From NCBI GenBank assembly GCA_038870975.1, contig JAVZJD010000002.1, positions 160,001 through 224,000 of the forward strand: 64,000 nt of DNA, given 5' to 3'. Source of the DNA: Candidatus Bathyarchaeia archaeon. Lineage in GTDB: Archaea > Thermoproteota > CALKCG01 > B24. Positions 9,958 through 20,271 of this stretch are shown in pieces. Position 1 is the first letter of the stretch. Every line of letters begins with the position of its first letter. The position numbers and the translations under genes were made by a program. The notes under the pieces are model-generated. The model did no database searches. It was not told the DNA's origin and saw only the letters and a list, made by a program, of their open reading frames with translations.

Positions 9958-10728
9958 TCAGGTACATAGCCCTAGTCTACTACGTGCCTCCAGTATGAAC
10001 TCTGCAACCTCCCATACGGGTGCAACCCATATCTTATCTTCATTATCCTTTAGAAATTTTAAGAAACCAGTTAAATCATAGTCTGAAACCGGTAGATGTC
10101 CCTCATTAACACCGTGAAACGTATATATAGCCCATCCCCCTCCAAAGGAGGCTCTAATGGTTAATCCTATCATCTCCTCAAAACTCATCCTATGGACAGA
10201 CCAAGACCAAAGCTCATGTAAATCACACGCTAGAGGTGAATTAGAGTAGCCGAGCTCCCCCCATCCTCTAGCTGCTAGGAAAATCTCTGCAACGATGGGT
10301 ACGTAACTCCTCTTAGAGACTCCTCTTCCGACAGTTGTTTCAAAGCATGGATATGCAAACGTTCTACTACCGTTAGGTACGACTTCTTTAATCCTTCTAT
10401 GAGCCTCCATTATATCCGCTCTTATGTCCTCAAGAGACATTTTTTCCAAGCATTTAGCGGCTGTCCTTGCAAACTGGAAGTTGCAAGAGCATGGATGTGT
10501 GAGAGTATGATTACCTATCTCGTGGCCTCGGTCGGCAACCTCTCTCCAAGGCTTAAGCCATTCTTTATAGTCTCCAGTGGGATTTATGTAAAACGTGGCT
10601 TTAAAGCCGAATTTATCGAGAAGTGGTATGGCTAGATTTAACTGAGAATGTAAGCCGTCATCAAACGTAAGTGAAACAGCTACCTTCTTCCCGTTAGGCC
10701 AATTGAAAGGCTCAGCCATATAGTTCAA
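9958..10728 (-). CDS. Polysaccharide deacetylase (CE4/NodB family)
   Basis: LTFDDG, HEIGNHTLTH, FAYP. Confidence 0.9.
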   Translation of the reverse strand: MNYMAEPFNWPNGKKVAVSLTFDDGLHSQLNLAIPLLDKFGFKATFYINPTGDYKEWLKPWREVADRGHEIGNHTLTHPCSCNFQFARTAAKCLEKMSLEDIRADIMEAHRRIKEVVPNGSRTFAYPCFETTVGRGVSKRSYVPIVAEIFLAARGWGELGYSNSPLACDLHELWSWSVHRMSFEEMIGLTIRASFGGGWAIYTFHGVNEGHLPVSDYDLTGFLKFLKDNEDKIWVAPVWEVAEFILEARSRLGLCT

Positions 10729-11585
10729 CCTCCGACCTTACAGTATTCTGTGAACAACTTGTTTAAACTCTCTGAATCGATAACACCTAAGTGAACCAAC
10801 ACCCTATACTTAAACCTCAGATAATCGCCTTTCCCAACTGTCAAGGAGCCATCTAAGGACTTATCTTCTTCAAAATAGGATATGCCGAATGGGTTTGCCG
10901 TAAACAACCCGTAAGCTCTAACGTGCCAATACGTCGGATGTCTTAAATTACTAGGATGGTCAAAAACAGTTATGCCTACGGTTTTACCGTATACGGAGCC
11001 CGTGTAATCGCACCATTCAGACCTCTTACCCCAGCATTCTTCCTCTCCAACACCTCCCCTAGAGTTTCGTATAGTTCCTCCAGTAATTCCTCTCATAGAT
11101 GGAGCGACTCTTAGAGAGATTATTCCCCCCTCTTTCGTATCTCCTAACTTAACATCGCCGTAACTCGCCTTCAAGTCGACTTCTACATCTACAATCCTTA
11201 AGCCATTTGTAGTCTTCCTAAATGTAAACCTTCTAAAGACATCTACAACTGGGCTTCCAGTTTTAGCGATCCAAACTTCATCTGATTTAACAACCCCGTG
11301 ATTCTCCGAATCCTCAATCGAAACCGCCTTAACGACCTGTCTACCGCTTTCGGAGGTTTCAGTCCAAAAGTCTATACTATTGATGTCTCCATGCGCTGTC
11401 CACATAGACCTATGATGTACATGGTCTTCAGGCCCATCCTCGGTTACACATAAACCGCCAGGTGCATTCAATGGGTAGAAGTAGGGTTTAAACTGTTTAC
11501 GGTTATTGAAAAGATACTTGGACACTAGTTCACCATTTTCATATACTTCGACAACATTCTCAATCTTCCTCAACTCAAAAGTCAT
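10725..11585 (-). CDS. DUF6807/'PmoA-like' soluble beta-sandwich protein (sugar-metabolism associated)
   Basis: KPYFYPL, DHVHHRSMW, DHPSN, WHVRAYGLFTANPF. Confidence 0.75.
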   Translation of the reverse strand: MTFELRKIENVVEVYENGELVSKYLFNNRKQFKPYFYPLNAPGGLCVTEDGPEDHVHHRSMWTAHGDINSIDFWTETSESGRQVVKAVSIEDSENHGVVKSDEVWIAKTGSPVVDVFRRFTFRKTTNGLRIVDVEVDLKASYGDVKLGDTKEGGIISLRVAPSMRGITGGTIRNSRGGVGEEECWGKRSEWCDYTGSVYGKTVGITVFDHPSNLRHPTYWHVRAYGLFTANPFGISYFEEDKSLDGSLTVGKGDYLRFKYRVLVHLGVIDSESLNKLFTEYCKVGG

Positions 11586-11768
11586 AATAACCCCGTCAAC
11601 TAAACTCTGGAAAGCCTCTTAAGAATTTCTAAACTCTGAAGGGTTGAAATATATTGTAAATGTTTAACATTGGTGTAATATTCAATATTTACACGTTGAG
11701 AATTCAACTTTAAGTATTAATCGTATTTACTTCGTCCTTATATTAGTGGTCTTTGAAGATACTATAGA

Positions 11769-12218
11769 CTAATTGCTGTTAACGTTTATACGGTAAAGCT
11801 CAAATAGAAGTTTAGCGCAAGCCTCGTAGTGTTTTCTAGCTTTTTCATAGGCTATTGGTGCATAGTCTTTAAAGTAATCTGCATCTAACCCCTTTTCATA
11901 TCCATACCCAGCTAATCCTCTTAACTCTGCAAGCTCAGAGATATTAGTGGCAAGCTCATCTATTATTGAGAGAAACCACGTTGGGACATCCTCTACTTTG
12001 GAAATTCGCTTAAAGACTGCGCTTACATCGTGCTCTCTCGGGTATTCTATTCCAAGAGCTATTAAAACGGCTTTAGATACCTGTTCAACAGCCATTTGTG
12101 AAGAGTAAACTACGTCATCCCATCTTTCATCCTCTAAAGCTCTAGATGCGCCTTTTAACCATCTCTTGCCCCTTTTTAAAGCGGACGTAGCAAGGTCTAT
12201 ATTCGTAAGCCTATTCAA
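11769..12218 (-). CDS. HEPN domain protein
   Basis: QMAVEQVSKA, PREHDV, RGLAGY (RX4Y). Confidence 0.85.
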   Translation of the reverse strand: MNRLTNIDLATSALKRGKRWLKGASRALEDERWDDVVYSSQMAVEQVSKAVLIALGIEYPREHDVSAVFKRISKVEDVPTWFLSIIDELATNISELAELRGLAGYGYEKGLDADYFKDYAPIAYEKARKHYEACAKLLFELYRINVNSN

Positions 12219-12972
12219 GCGCTATCACTTCTCCAGCTTTCAAATCCTTTAAAACCCAGTAGAATTTACGATTTGGTAGTGTAATCCTTACTGAACCCAT
12301 ATCCTCCAACTTCTTCCTCAGAGATTGAAGTAGTCCAGTTAAAAAATTGTCTTTATCGTAGAGGATTATTCCATCGATTACCGCGTCTAGGTATATTCTG
12401 TTAAACCTCTTAGCCTCTTTCAGGCTTAATGGAAAGTTTTGAATTATCGGCCAATAGCCAGCTCGTAATGCTTCTTGATACTCTAAACTTTCTTCGAGTT
12501 TTTCTTTCGCCTTCCTAAGCTCTCTAATTCTCTCCCAAACAGGCTCGCCATCCCAACCATCAGCTATCACAAGCATATCTATATCGCTGTTCATATCCCA
12601 ATCCCCTCTTGCTATGGAACCGAAAAGCATGATGCTTACCAGTCTTTCCTTTAAAAGGTCGTTCAGTATCTCACAGTACCTTTTAATCAAGGGTGCGAAG
12701 TACATGTGTGGAATCTTCTCCACGTTCTCCACTTTAAACTCCGACGAATACAGAGTTTTGTTCAACTCTTCTAGAATCCTACACGTTTCAAGGCCTTTTT
12801 GAGTCAACCTGTACCCTAGATTAATGTTTTCCACCAATTTAAGACGTTCAAGTTTCCTCAACTTGAATGAAAGAGTTCTAGGGTTTTTAATGACAGATTT
12901 AAGATCTTTGAATCTAGCCGTTCTCTTTACCTTCAGATAAAGCAAAATCTTGAAAGAAGCTTCATCGAACAT
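12211..12972 (-). CDS. Winged-HTH + MNT antitoxin
   Basis: HxlR-like N-terminus, FGSIARGD-x4-SDID. Confidence 0.85.
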   Translation of the reverse strand: MFDEASFKILLYLKVKRTARFKDLKSVIKNPRTLSFKLRKLERLKLVENINLGYRLTQKGLETCRILEELNKTLYSSEFKVENVEKIPHMYFAPLIKRYCEILNDLLKERLVSIMLFGSIARGDWDMNSDIDMLVIADGWDGEPVWERIRELRKAKEKLEESLEYQEALRAGYWPIIQNFPLSLKEAKRFNRIYLDAVIDGIILYDKDNFLTGLLQSLRKKLEDMGSVRITLPNRKFYWVLKDLKAGEVIALE

Positions 12973-13170
12973 TCTAAATCTTAGATATAATTAAATACAT
13001 TTAAAGTTTACTTATTTATACTACAATCTAGTTTAATTCAGAATCCTAGTTCTTAAGCGATTTTCCACTTATGACATTCATCAAGGCTCTAAACGTACAT
13101 CTGTGATGATTTTTTTCTGATAGATAACTACTATAGTTTTTAAGCACCTATTATAAACCCTCTGATAGGG

Positions 13171-13413
13171 ATGAGCAGAGCAGTATTAATAGGTATACTA
13201 TTGGAGATGAGGGTTTTACTGAGTGAACCTGAGGTTGAAGAACTATATCGTGAACTCCTCACCTACTTTGGGCTTGTAGGCGCATTATATGAGTGTCAAG
13301 CCCTTGAATATGCGTGGAAAGACCCATACAATAGACGTGAGATAGAAGGATTCATAAAAGAATGGCTTAGAAGGAGGCGGAGGCGGGAAGAAGCAATAGC
13401 TGGGGTCGTATAG
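13171..13413 (+). CDS. Small hypothetical protein (start uncertain)
   Basis: Normal codon usage, TATA-like sequence upstream, fills the gap between genes. Confidence 0.55.
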   Translation: MSRAVLIGILLEMRVLLSEPEVEELYRELLTYFGLVGALYECQALEYAWKDPYNRREIEGFIKEWLRRRRRREEAIAGVV

Positions 13414-13433
13414 GTCGTAGAGATTTGACTAGG

Positions 13434-14279
13434 CTACTCACATGTATACAAGTACTCTTTCGAGCTCTCGAAAAATTTTCTAAGAGTTTCTAGGCTTTTT
13501 CTAGCCACGTACTCAGGACTATCTTCATCCCTTAAAACTTCAACTGAAACATACCTGCAGTATCCTACTTGCTTCAGAGCATCTGCAACCTCCCCATAAT
13601 TTACAGAGCCGAAGCCAGGCCCTCCCTTATTATCGTCGTTTGCATGAAAATGCTTTAAATGTCTCGCACCGAGAAGTATCTGTTCTCTAATAGGTCTACT
13701 GGTTCCACTCATGAAGTAGACGTCGAGGATGAGTTTGAAATTCGGCTTAGCCAATTCATCTATAAGCTTTAAAGCCTCTTCAACGGTTGTTATGAAATTC
13801 GTAAGTTCGCTTCTAAGAGGTTCAATGCATAGGGTTACATCGTAATCTGCTAGATATTCTACGCACTCTTTAAACGCTTCAACAGTCCATTCCCACGCTT
13901 CTTCATACGTTACATTTGGTAGAATCGTCCTTTGCCTAGGTGAGCCGAAGACCAAGACTTCCCCACCTAAGTCTCGACAGAAAACTCCAAGATGCTTCAA
14001 GTATTCGACAGTCTTCCGCCTCACATCTGGATTTGGATGATTTATGTGAAGCCCCTCAGGTTTAACTAGAAGCCAATGAAGCCCGGCTATCTTCAAACCA
14101 TGTTGAGTTGCGAGTCTTCTAATAGCTTCACGCTTAGATGGGGAGACCTCTCTAACATCATCGGTAATGGTGAAAGGCGCCAGTTCAACGGCGTGGTAAC
14201 CCAGTTTACTAACGAAATTGAAAACCTCTGAGAGGCTCCAACCTTTAAAAAGTTCATTGCAAATTGAAAACTTCACCAA
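13434..14279 (-). CDS. Sugar phosphate isomerase/epimerase (xylose-isomerase-like TIM barrel, D-psicose/tagatose 3-epimerase-like)
   Basis: CIEPL, ILDVYF, HFHAND, SVEV. Confidence 0.85.
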   Translation of the reverse strand: MVKFSICNELFKGWSLSEVFNFVSKLGYHAVELAPFTITDDVREVSPSKREAIRRLATQHGLKIAGLHWLLVKPEGLHINHPNPDVRRKTVEYLKHLGVFCRDLGGEVLVFGSPRQRTILPNVTYEEAWEWTVEAFKECVEYLADYDVTLCIEPLRSELTNFITTVEEALKLIDELAKPNFKLILDVYFMSGTSRPIREQILLGARHLKHFHANDDNKGGPGFGSVNYGEVADALKQVGYCRYVSVEVLRDEDSPEYVARKSLETLRKFFESSKEYLYTCE

Positions 14280-14332
14280 TAATAACCACCCAGTAATAGA
14301 GGTTAAAAAGAAGAAGGTAAAGCGTCTTCTAT

Positions 14333-15157
14333 CTACATCTGTAGGATTATGTCTAAAGCCGTTTTACAGTCTATGGCGGCTTTCAACGGGTCTCCCGGGT
14401 ATGGTGAAACCTCCACGTTTAAAAAGTAGTCGTAGCCTATTTCTCTTAAAGCTTTCATAACGTTTTTCCATGGGACATTTCCCTCTAAGAGTGGTACAAA
14501 CCTCCTCTCATTCAGTAGGAAGTCTTTAACGTGGATGCATACTATATAACTGCCCAGTGTTTTAATCCAGTGGGTTGGATGCCCTAGAAACAGAATATTT
14601 CCAACGTCGAAGTACATTTTAACATATTCATGAGCTATCTCATCGAGAAACCTCTTAAATTCTAAAGGACTATATAGAAACCTATTCCAGACGTTTTCAA
14701 CACCTATGTAAACTCCAAAATCCTCCGCCGATGGAGCTGCTTCAAGTATAGACTTTTTAGATAGATTCCAAGCCTCTTCATACGGGACCTCAGGCATTGT
14801 GAAAGCTGGTACAACTAGTAAGCACTTAGCGTTGAATTTGTTGGCCAGCTCGCAACCTTTCCTTATTAGTTCAACACCCTTCCGTCTTACAGATTCATCT
14901 GGACTTGCAAGGTTATATTTCCAGAATAAACCAGTACATATACTTGGAATTTTAAGCCCTAGACTATCAGCCTCCTCTTTCACGCGTTTAACCTCGGCGT
15001 AGGTTATTTTAAAGACGTTTAATTCACCCTGCTCATCCATGTTTAATTCAACGCCCTCATAGCCTATTTTAGCGGATTCTGTTAAAACTCTACTGATCGT
15101 AAAACCTTCAGGGTAAATCCACGCATTTACACCTCTTTTCAAAGACAACACCAGCAA
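14333..15157 (-). CDS. Sugar phosphate isomerase/epimerase (TIM barrel)
   Basis: VENVWNRFL, YFDVGN, IHVKDF. Confidence 0.85.
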   Translation of the reverse strand: MLVLSLKRGVNAWIYPEGFTISRVLTESAKIGYEGVELNMDEQGELNVFKITYAEVKRVKEEADSLGLKIPSICTGLFWKYNLASPDESVRRKGVELIRKGCELANKFNAKCLLVVPAFTMPEVPYEEAWNLSKKSILEAAPSAEDFGVYIGVENVWNRFLYSPLEFKRFLDEIAHEYVKMYFDVGNILFLGHPTHWIKTLGSYIVCIHVKDFLLNERRFVPLLEGNVPWKNVMKALREIGYDYFLNVEVSPYPGDPLKAAIDCKTALDIILQM

Positions 15158-15201
15158 CTATAGAGCTGTAAACTCTATTAAATACTTAGTATATTTAATG
15201 G

Positions 15202-16611
15202 CTATTCTTTACGGTTTTCCCTAACAACAGCTTCAGCCCACCTTCCGTATTTTATCCATACCATCGAGACAACTCCTCCTACGATATTGCTCAGCGATAT
15301 GGCTAACCATGCTCCGAAAGAGCCCATTCCTAGGTTGAAGGCTAGAAAGTAGCCTAAACCGATTCTTATCCCCCAGAGCCTCAACATCCCAACAACCGTC
15401 GGGAAAACAGTATGTCCCGAGCCTCTTCCAGTAGCCATCGCAACTATGAATATTCCGAAGAATGGAAGTGTGAGCACTAGAGTTTGGAGGAAAAGGTCTG
15501 TTTCAGTTATTATACACGGGTCGTCTGCGAAAACGTCGGCTAGACTCCTCCTTAATGGGTAAACTACACACGCCCCTATTGCAGTAAGGGCGGCTATTAG
15601 AAGGGCAGACTTATAGGCGACTTCTTTAGCTCTTTCAACGTTTTCCGCTCCAAGATTCTGTCCAACCATTATACCAGTAGCTCCGCTCAATCCCCATAGG
15701 GCTGCATCCACTATATCCATTATTGTAAACCCTATAGCATAGGCGGTAGCTGCAACTATGCCTAGAAGGTTTACGATTCTCAATTGAAGGAGGAAGGCGA
15801 GGCTATTCATCAAGCCTAGTGCCAAAATGGGTAAGCCTATCCGTAAGACTAGATAGATCCATTTAATGTCAACATCTCTGGTAAAACCTACTTTAAGATC
15901 CGGGTATTCTCTCCGAGTGATACAGGCTAACGTCGTCGTCGATATTATCTTACCTATTACGTCTGTTAGAGAAGCTCCAATAACGCCTAACCTTGGAAAA
16001 GGTCCTAATCCTAAAACTAGTAGAGGGTCTAAAGCCGTGTTTACGCAAATGGCTATAGAATTTACTATGGCAGGCCTCCTAGTATCTCCGAGGCTCTGTA
16101 AAAGCGTTGTATAGGTTAAAGCCGTATAGTTGAAGAATATGTCGAAGGCTATTACACCTGAATACTTCATCACATCTTCAAGTATCTCTGGAGGAGTAGA
16201 GATCATCTGCGTAAAAATAAATCCTCTAACGGTTAGAAGCGTGACGCTTAAAGCCATCCCGGAGAAGAATGCTAGAGTGAAGAATCTTGACGCTGAAACA
16301 CTGGCATCCCTATAGTTTTTAGCTCCAATGTATTGGGAGACTATGCTTAAACATGCGGCTGTTAAAGCATTAATTAGAGCTTGAAACAGCATAATAACAG
16401 GCCACGCTTGTCTGGGTACTGCAACAGTGATCTCACTGTAGAGGCTTAACCAGTAGGCGTCAGCTACATTATACGCAACTACTATAAGCTGGTTTAAAAG
16501 AGGGGGTGCTCCAAGCCAAAGTAGTGTACGAATGATAGGCCCGTTAACAATTTTATCCCTATACTTGCCTATCTTATAAGTCTCCTGTGTATCGCTAGCT
16601 TCATCGGACAT
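15202..16611 (-). CDS. MATE family efflux transporter
   Basis: YNVADAYW, GDTRRP, LDPLL, VGQNLGA. Confidence 0.9.
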   Translation of the reverse strand: MSDEASDTQETYKIGKYRDKIVNGPIIRTLLWLGAPPLLNQLIVVAYNVADAYWLSLYSEITVAVPRQAWPVIMLFQALINALTAACLSIVSQYIGAKNYRDASVSASRFFTLAFFSGMALSVTLLTVRGFIFTQMISTPPEILEDVMKYSGVIAFDIFFNYTALTYTTLLQSLGDTRRPAIVNSIAICVNTALDPLLVLGLGPFPRLGVIGASLTDVIGKIISTTTLACITRREYPDLKVGFTRDVDIKWIYLVLRIGLPILALGLMNSLAFLLQLRIVNLLGIVAATAYAIGFTIMDIVDAALWGLSGATGIMVGQNLGAENVERAKEVAYKSALLIAALTAIGACVVYPLRRSLADVFADDPCIITETDLFLQTLVLTLPFFGIFIVAMATGRGSGHTVFPTVVGMLRLWGIRIGLGYFLAFNLGMGSFGAWLAISLSNIVGGVVSMVWIKYGRWAEAVVRENRKE

Positions 16612-16740
16612 AGGCTATCTTTACTTAAACTAGCTTTATAAAAAACTATTGTTGCAGTCTTGAAATTAAACGATGAAAATGCTTTATGTTGAAAGGCGAG
16701 GACTTTATAAGGCGTTACACGTAATACTATTCTCGAAGTA

Positions 16741-17586
16741 TTGGTACGTATCGTTGTTTCAAAGCATGGCAGAGTGTATGATAATGAATTAGTTGAGATT
16801 CTAAGCATCATGCAGGAATGCTACGGTCGGCTTACGCCTCACGATGTTTCCCTTGTAGAGCTGCATATATTCGAGCGTTCATCATCCATAGAGGCGTTCC
16901 TTAAGATAGAAAGTGACGAACTCGGCGTTACGATTACGCCGTTCACTGAATCGTTCTTTGCTATGCATGATGCGTGGAGGGGAATACCTAGGATCGCGAT
17001 CTGCCTTGAGAAAATTAGAACACTACCAAGACCCGTTAGAATTGGAGGAATACGTCATGAAGTGGCTCACACGGTTTTACATGGAGGCTTAGAGTACTAT
17101 GTGATTCCGACGCCGCCCGCCCTCTTGGAAATAGCCGACCAGTTTAATCTTTCCTCCGAATACACTAGGAATCTACTCTACTTGGTGTCAATCGCTGTGA
17201 AAGACTATGAAGTAACACGTCTCCTCTACAACCGGGGGTATGTTGAAGACCAAGTAGAATACGTAAAATTCCTACTGAAGGCTTCAGAAGAAGATGTGAC
17301 TTCTTGGGGGCTTTCTAGGGGGAAGCCGTTGCTCGAAATCCTATGCTTAATATCGAGTTTGAAAACCGTGGGATGTGCCGCTCCTCTTTTAAACGATGTA
17401 AGATTCTGTAAGGAGATAAGGCAACTATTGGTGGAGAGTCTAAGCTACCTCCCTATAGAACTATCGGCTACGGTCTTGAAATTCGCTGAGGAGGAGTTTC
17501 CAAAACTAGGTATGGATACGTTTGAAAACATCAACAGCATAATATGTAGATGCAACCTTATCTTTGAGGCTGTCTTCCATAAATGA
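16741..17586 (+). CDS. Hypothetical protein with HExxH zincin-like motif
   Basis: IRHEVAHTVLH. Confidence 0.6.
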   Translation: MVRIVVSKHGRVYDNELVEILSIMQECYGRLTPHDVSLVELHIFERSSSIEAFLKIESDELGVTITPFTESFFAMHDAWRGIPRIAICLEKIRTLPRPVRIGGIRHEVAHTVLHGGLEYYVIPTPPALLEIADQFNLSSEYTRNLLYLVSIAVKDYEVTRLLYNRGYVEDQVEYVKFLLKASEEDVTSWGLSRGKPLLEILCLISSLKTVGCAAPLLNDVRFCKEIRQLLVESLSYLPIELSATVLKFAEEEFPKLGMDTFENINSIICRCNLIFEAVFHK

Positions 17587-17631
17587 GGTTGGAAAAAATG
17601 GGGAGAAGTATTTTGCCAATGAAAAGGCTTT

Positions 17632-17928
17632 TCATTCCATTAATTCATCAACTTCTTCTCTACCCTTCTCCAACTCTTCTACCTGCTCTTTATCCTTTCT
17701 CAACAGTAGAGTTTGAAATTCTCCGAAGTGCGTCTTCTCCTCTCTGGCTATGTCAAGGAGGATTCTTCTGAGGCCCTCATCTTCAGCTACGGCGGCTAAC
17801 TGCTCGTATAGGTTTATTGCATCCAACTCGGCTATCATTCCAATTCGCAGTATCTCCCTGTCCAGCTCCTCCCTCTTCAACCTTTTAAGATCTACAGGTA
17901 TTTGAGATAACATATTTAACATCCCCAA
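17632..17928 (-). CDS. Ferritin-like protein (rubrerythrin/encapsulated-ferritin-like)
   Basis: AELDAINLYEQ, IAREEKTHFGEF. Confidence 0.85.
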   Translation of the reverse strand: MGMLNMLSQIPVDLKRLKREELDREILRIGMIAELDAINLYEQLAAVAEDEGLRRILLDIAREEKTHFGEFQTLLLRKDKEQVEELEKGREEVDELME

Positions 17929-18002
17929 ACTTTATAATACCAGTAGACGTCTTAATTGTTTTTGTTAAATGGCGGAATACGCATCATTGAGCAAATGCGG
18001 TT

Positions 18003-19190
18003 CTACGTCGAGAATTTTAAGACAATGGAGGATATGAGGAAGAATCCACCCACTGCTATGAACATGTGTGTGAATCCCATTGTCTGAGCGATATAAGGGC
18101 CTGTGAATGAGCCGAGTACATTACCTACACCTACTAATGTATTGAATAAGCCAACTTTACCCTCAGACACAAGCGCCATAGATGTTGAAAGCGTATAGAC
18201 GTAGAATACTGCATATGCAAATCCCATTACCATGAGTATTGATGCTATAATCGCTGTATTATACGATGGGGCATTTACCGCCATTACAATCAGGAGTGTA
18301 AGAATGCCTCGAAGAGCAGCAATCTCCCACATTCTACTCTTCTCAATCGACCATTGTGGCACAGCCATCGTTGTTAAGTATCCTAACACGCCTCCGAGCG
18401 AATTCAAAGCGAGTATTGCAAAAACACCCCCTGTAAGGATGGGTAGGTTCATTAGAAATACTGGAAGCGGCGTGAAAAGCATGCTTGTAGCAAAAATGAA
18501 TAAAGTCAAACCTACACAGAAACCATAGATATTCTCTCTTCCAACTCTCCCGTCTATCCCTACACCGGAGAACAATCCAGATAAAACAGTTAAACCTTTA
18601 CATGCTAAGTCAACGGTTTTCTCAATCCGCACTAGTTTTCTTTCTATCGACAGAGGCGGGTCACTTACGAAGAATATGGATGAAGCAAACGCGGTTAAAT
18701 GCAGTAGGCTACAAACCAATAGGATTGTTTCCGCGTTAAAGTTGTAAATCGAGGTTAGAAATCCTAAAAGTAGGCCTACGAGCCATCCGATTTCGGTGAA
18801 ACCTTCGTAGAACGCGAAGGCTCGAATCCAATAATCATGCTCATATGTTTCAGATATTATAACGTTTTTCGAGGGTTCATGAGCCATGTGGAAAACCGAT
18901 AATAATGCATAGAGTAACGTCAGTAGCATTATACTCCTTACAAACATGAAGAGGTATAGAATAACTGCTATGGATGCAAACGACAGGAGAATACTCCACT
19001 TATACCGTTTTAATCTATCGCATAAATAACCCCAGAAGAATGAGGATACAATGGCTGATAGAAGTGCGAACATAGATATTAAACCGACGTCTATTAATGA
19101 GCCACCTATAAGGATGATGTAAAGTGGGAAGAAAACTGAGAGGAATCCAAAGACAGCCTCGTGTAGGAAGAAGCCGAGATACTCTAACAT
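18003..19190 (-). CDS. MFS transporter
   Basis: WGYLCDRLKR motif A, ~12 TM segments. Confidence 0.85.
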   Translation of the reverse strand: MLEYLGFFLHEAVFGFLSVFFPLYIILIGGSLIDVGLISMFALLSAIVSSFFWGYLCDRLKRYKWSILLSFASIAVILYLFMFVRSIMLLTLLYALLSVFHMAHEPSKNVIISETYEHDYWIRAFAFYEGFTEIGWLVGLLLGFLTSIYNFNAETILLVCSLLHLTAFASSIFFVSDPPLSIERKLVRIEKTVDLACKGLTVLSGLFSGVGIDGRVGRENIYGFCVGLTLFIFATSMLFTPLPVFLMNLPILTGGVFAILALNSLGGVLGYLTTMAVPQWSIEKSRMWEIAALRGILTLLIVMAVNAPSYNTAIIASILMVMGFAYAVFYVYTLSTSMALVSEGKVGLFNTLVGVGNVLGSFTGPYIAQTMGFTHMFIAVGGFFLISSIVLKFST

Positions 19191-19316
19191 ACCCCCAGCG
19201 CTCAGAGCGCTGCTCTTAAAAAAGATTTTTAACTTTTCTAAGTTATCGTAGATAAAAACAGAAAAAAGTGGTTTAAGCTTTAAACTATTAAACTCGTATA
19301 TCTTTTTAAGACCACT

Positions 19317-19691
19317 ATGGCTTTAAAGTTGAGATTTGTAGTCCATGAGCATAATGCGAAAAGGGCGGGGTTGCACTACGACCTTAGGCTTGAATCGAAC
19401 GGTGTCCTTAAAGACTGGGCTTTTAGGAAAGCGCCGCCGGAGAGTGTAGGGGTTAAAAGATTTGGTATTTCTCAAGAAGACCACGACTTATCATGGTTAG
19501 ACTTTGAGGGGGAGATTAAGGAGGGCTATGGTGCTGGAGTGATGAAAATATGGGATCGGGGATTTTACGAAGTGATTAAGAAGACGGATAAAGTTATTGT
19601 TTTAAAGTTTTATGGAAATAGACTTAAAGGAGAGTATATGCTCATACCTTTTAAAAACGGCTGGCTGTTCTTCAAATCAAGCCCCCTATAA
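19317..19691 (+). CDS. Stand-alone LigD 3'-phosphoesterase (PE) domain protein
   Basis: FVVHEH, LHYDLRLE, EDH, YGAG, IWDRG. Confidence 0.9.
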   Translation: MALKLRFVVHEHNAKRAGLHYDLRLESNGVLKDWAFRKAPPESVGVKRFGISQEDHDLSWLDFEGEIKEGYGAGVMKIWDRGFYEVIKKTDKVIVLKFYGNRLKGEYMLIPFKNGWLFFKSSPL

Positions 19692-19903
19692 ACTAGATAG
19701 TTAGAGTTTTAATCGATTATAGAGACTGAGAAACCTTAACGAAACATCTAAAGCTTCAGTAATCTTCTTCAACATATCTGTTGTGGGTTTAAAGGCGTTA
19801 TCCAGTTAAAACATACAATAGTATCATAACGTCTAAGAGTTTATTACTGTCTTATCTGAAGTGTATGCAATCTTTATTAAAAGGGAGTATGTATTTCAAA
19901 TTC

Positions 19904-20260
19904 GTGGGTCACGTAGAGGTTGATGTTAGAATCGGAGACTTAGATGGTAAGAAGTTTAAGGAAGTGAAGGCATTAGTAGATACGGGAGCCACGTTTACGG
20001 TTTTACCGGAAAATGTAGCTAGAGAGCTTAACCTTCCGCTAATGGGTGAGAAAGTAAGGGTTTCCACGGCAAAAGGCTATGATGAACTCGAATTAACACA
20101 TGCCCTCATAGAGATCGACGGTAAAAGGAGGATAGTGCCAGTATTGGTGAGTAGACATATTGAAAGGACTTTGTTGGGAGTCATAACGCTTGAAGCTATG
20201 CAACTACGAGTCAACCCGATCACTGAAAAACTGGAGGAATACACCGCCCTCCTCTATTAA
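19904..20260 (+). CDS. Retropepsin-like (clan AA) aspartic protease
   Basis: ALVDTGATFT, LLGVITLE; probable GTG start giving MGHV. Confidence 0.85.
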   Translation: MGHVEVDVRIGDLDGKKFKEVKALVDTGATFTVLPENVARELNLPLMGEKVRVSTAKGYDELELTHALIEIDGKRRIVPVLVSRHIERTLLGVITLEAMQLRVNPITEKLEEYTALLY

Positions 20261-20271
20261 ATTCTGGAGAG

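Noticed and set aside
10725-11585. Methane monooxygenase subunit PmoA
   Set aside because: Soluble protein of the misnamed DUF6807 family; no TM helices and no pmoB/pmoC
13103-13120. GTGATGA...CTGA kink-turn or C/D RNA
   Set aside because: Only a U-run between the boxes, no guide, and no correct flanking stem geometry
19701-19805. XRE-HTH-like fragment on the minus strand (KPTTDMLKKITEALDVSL)
   Set aside because: Short, preceded by an in-frame stop, similarity too weak to call
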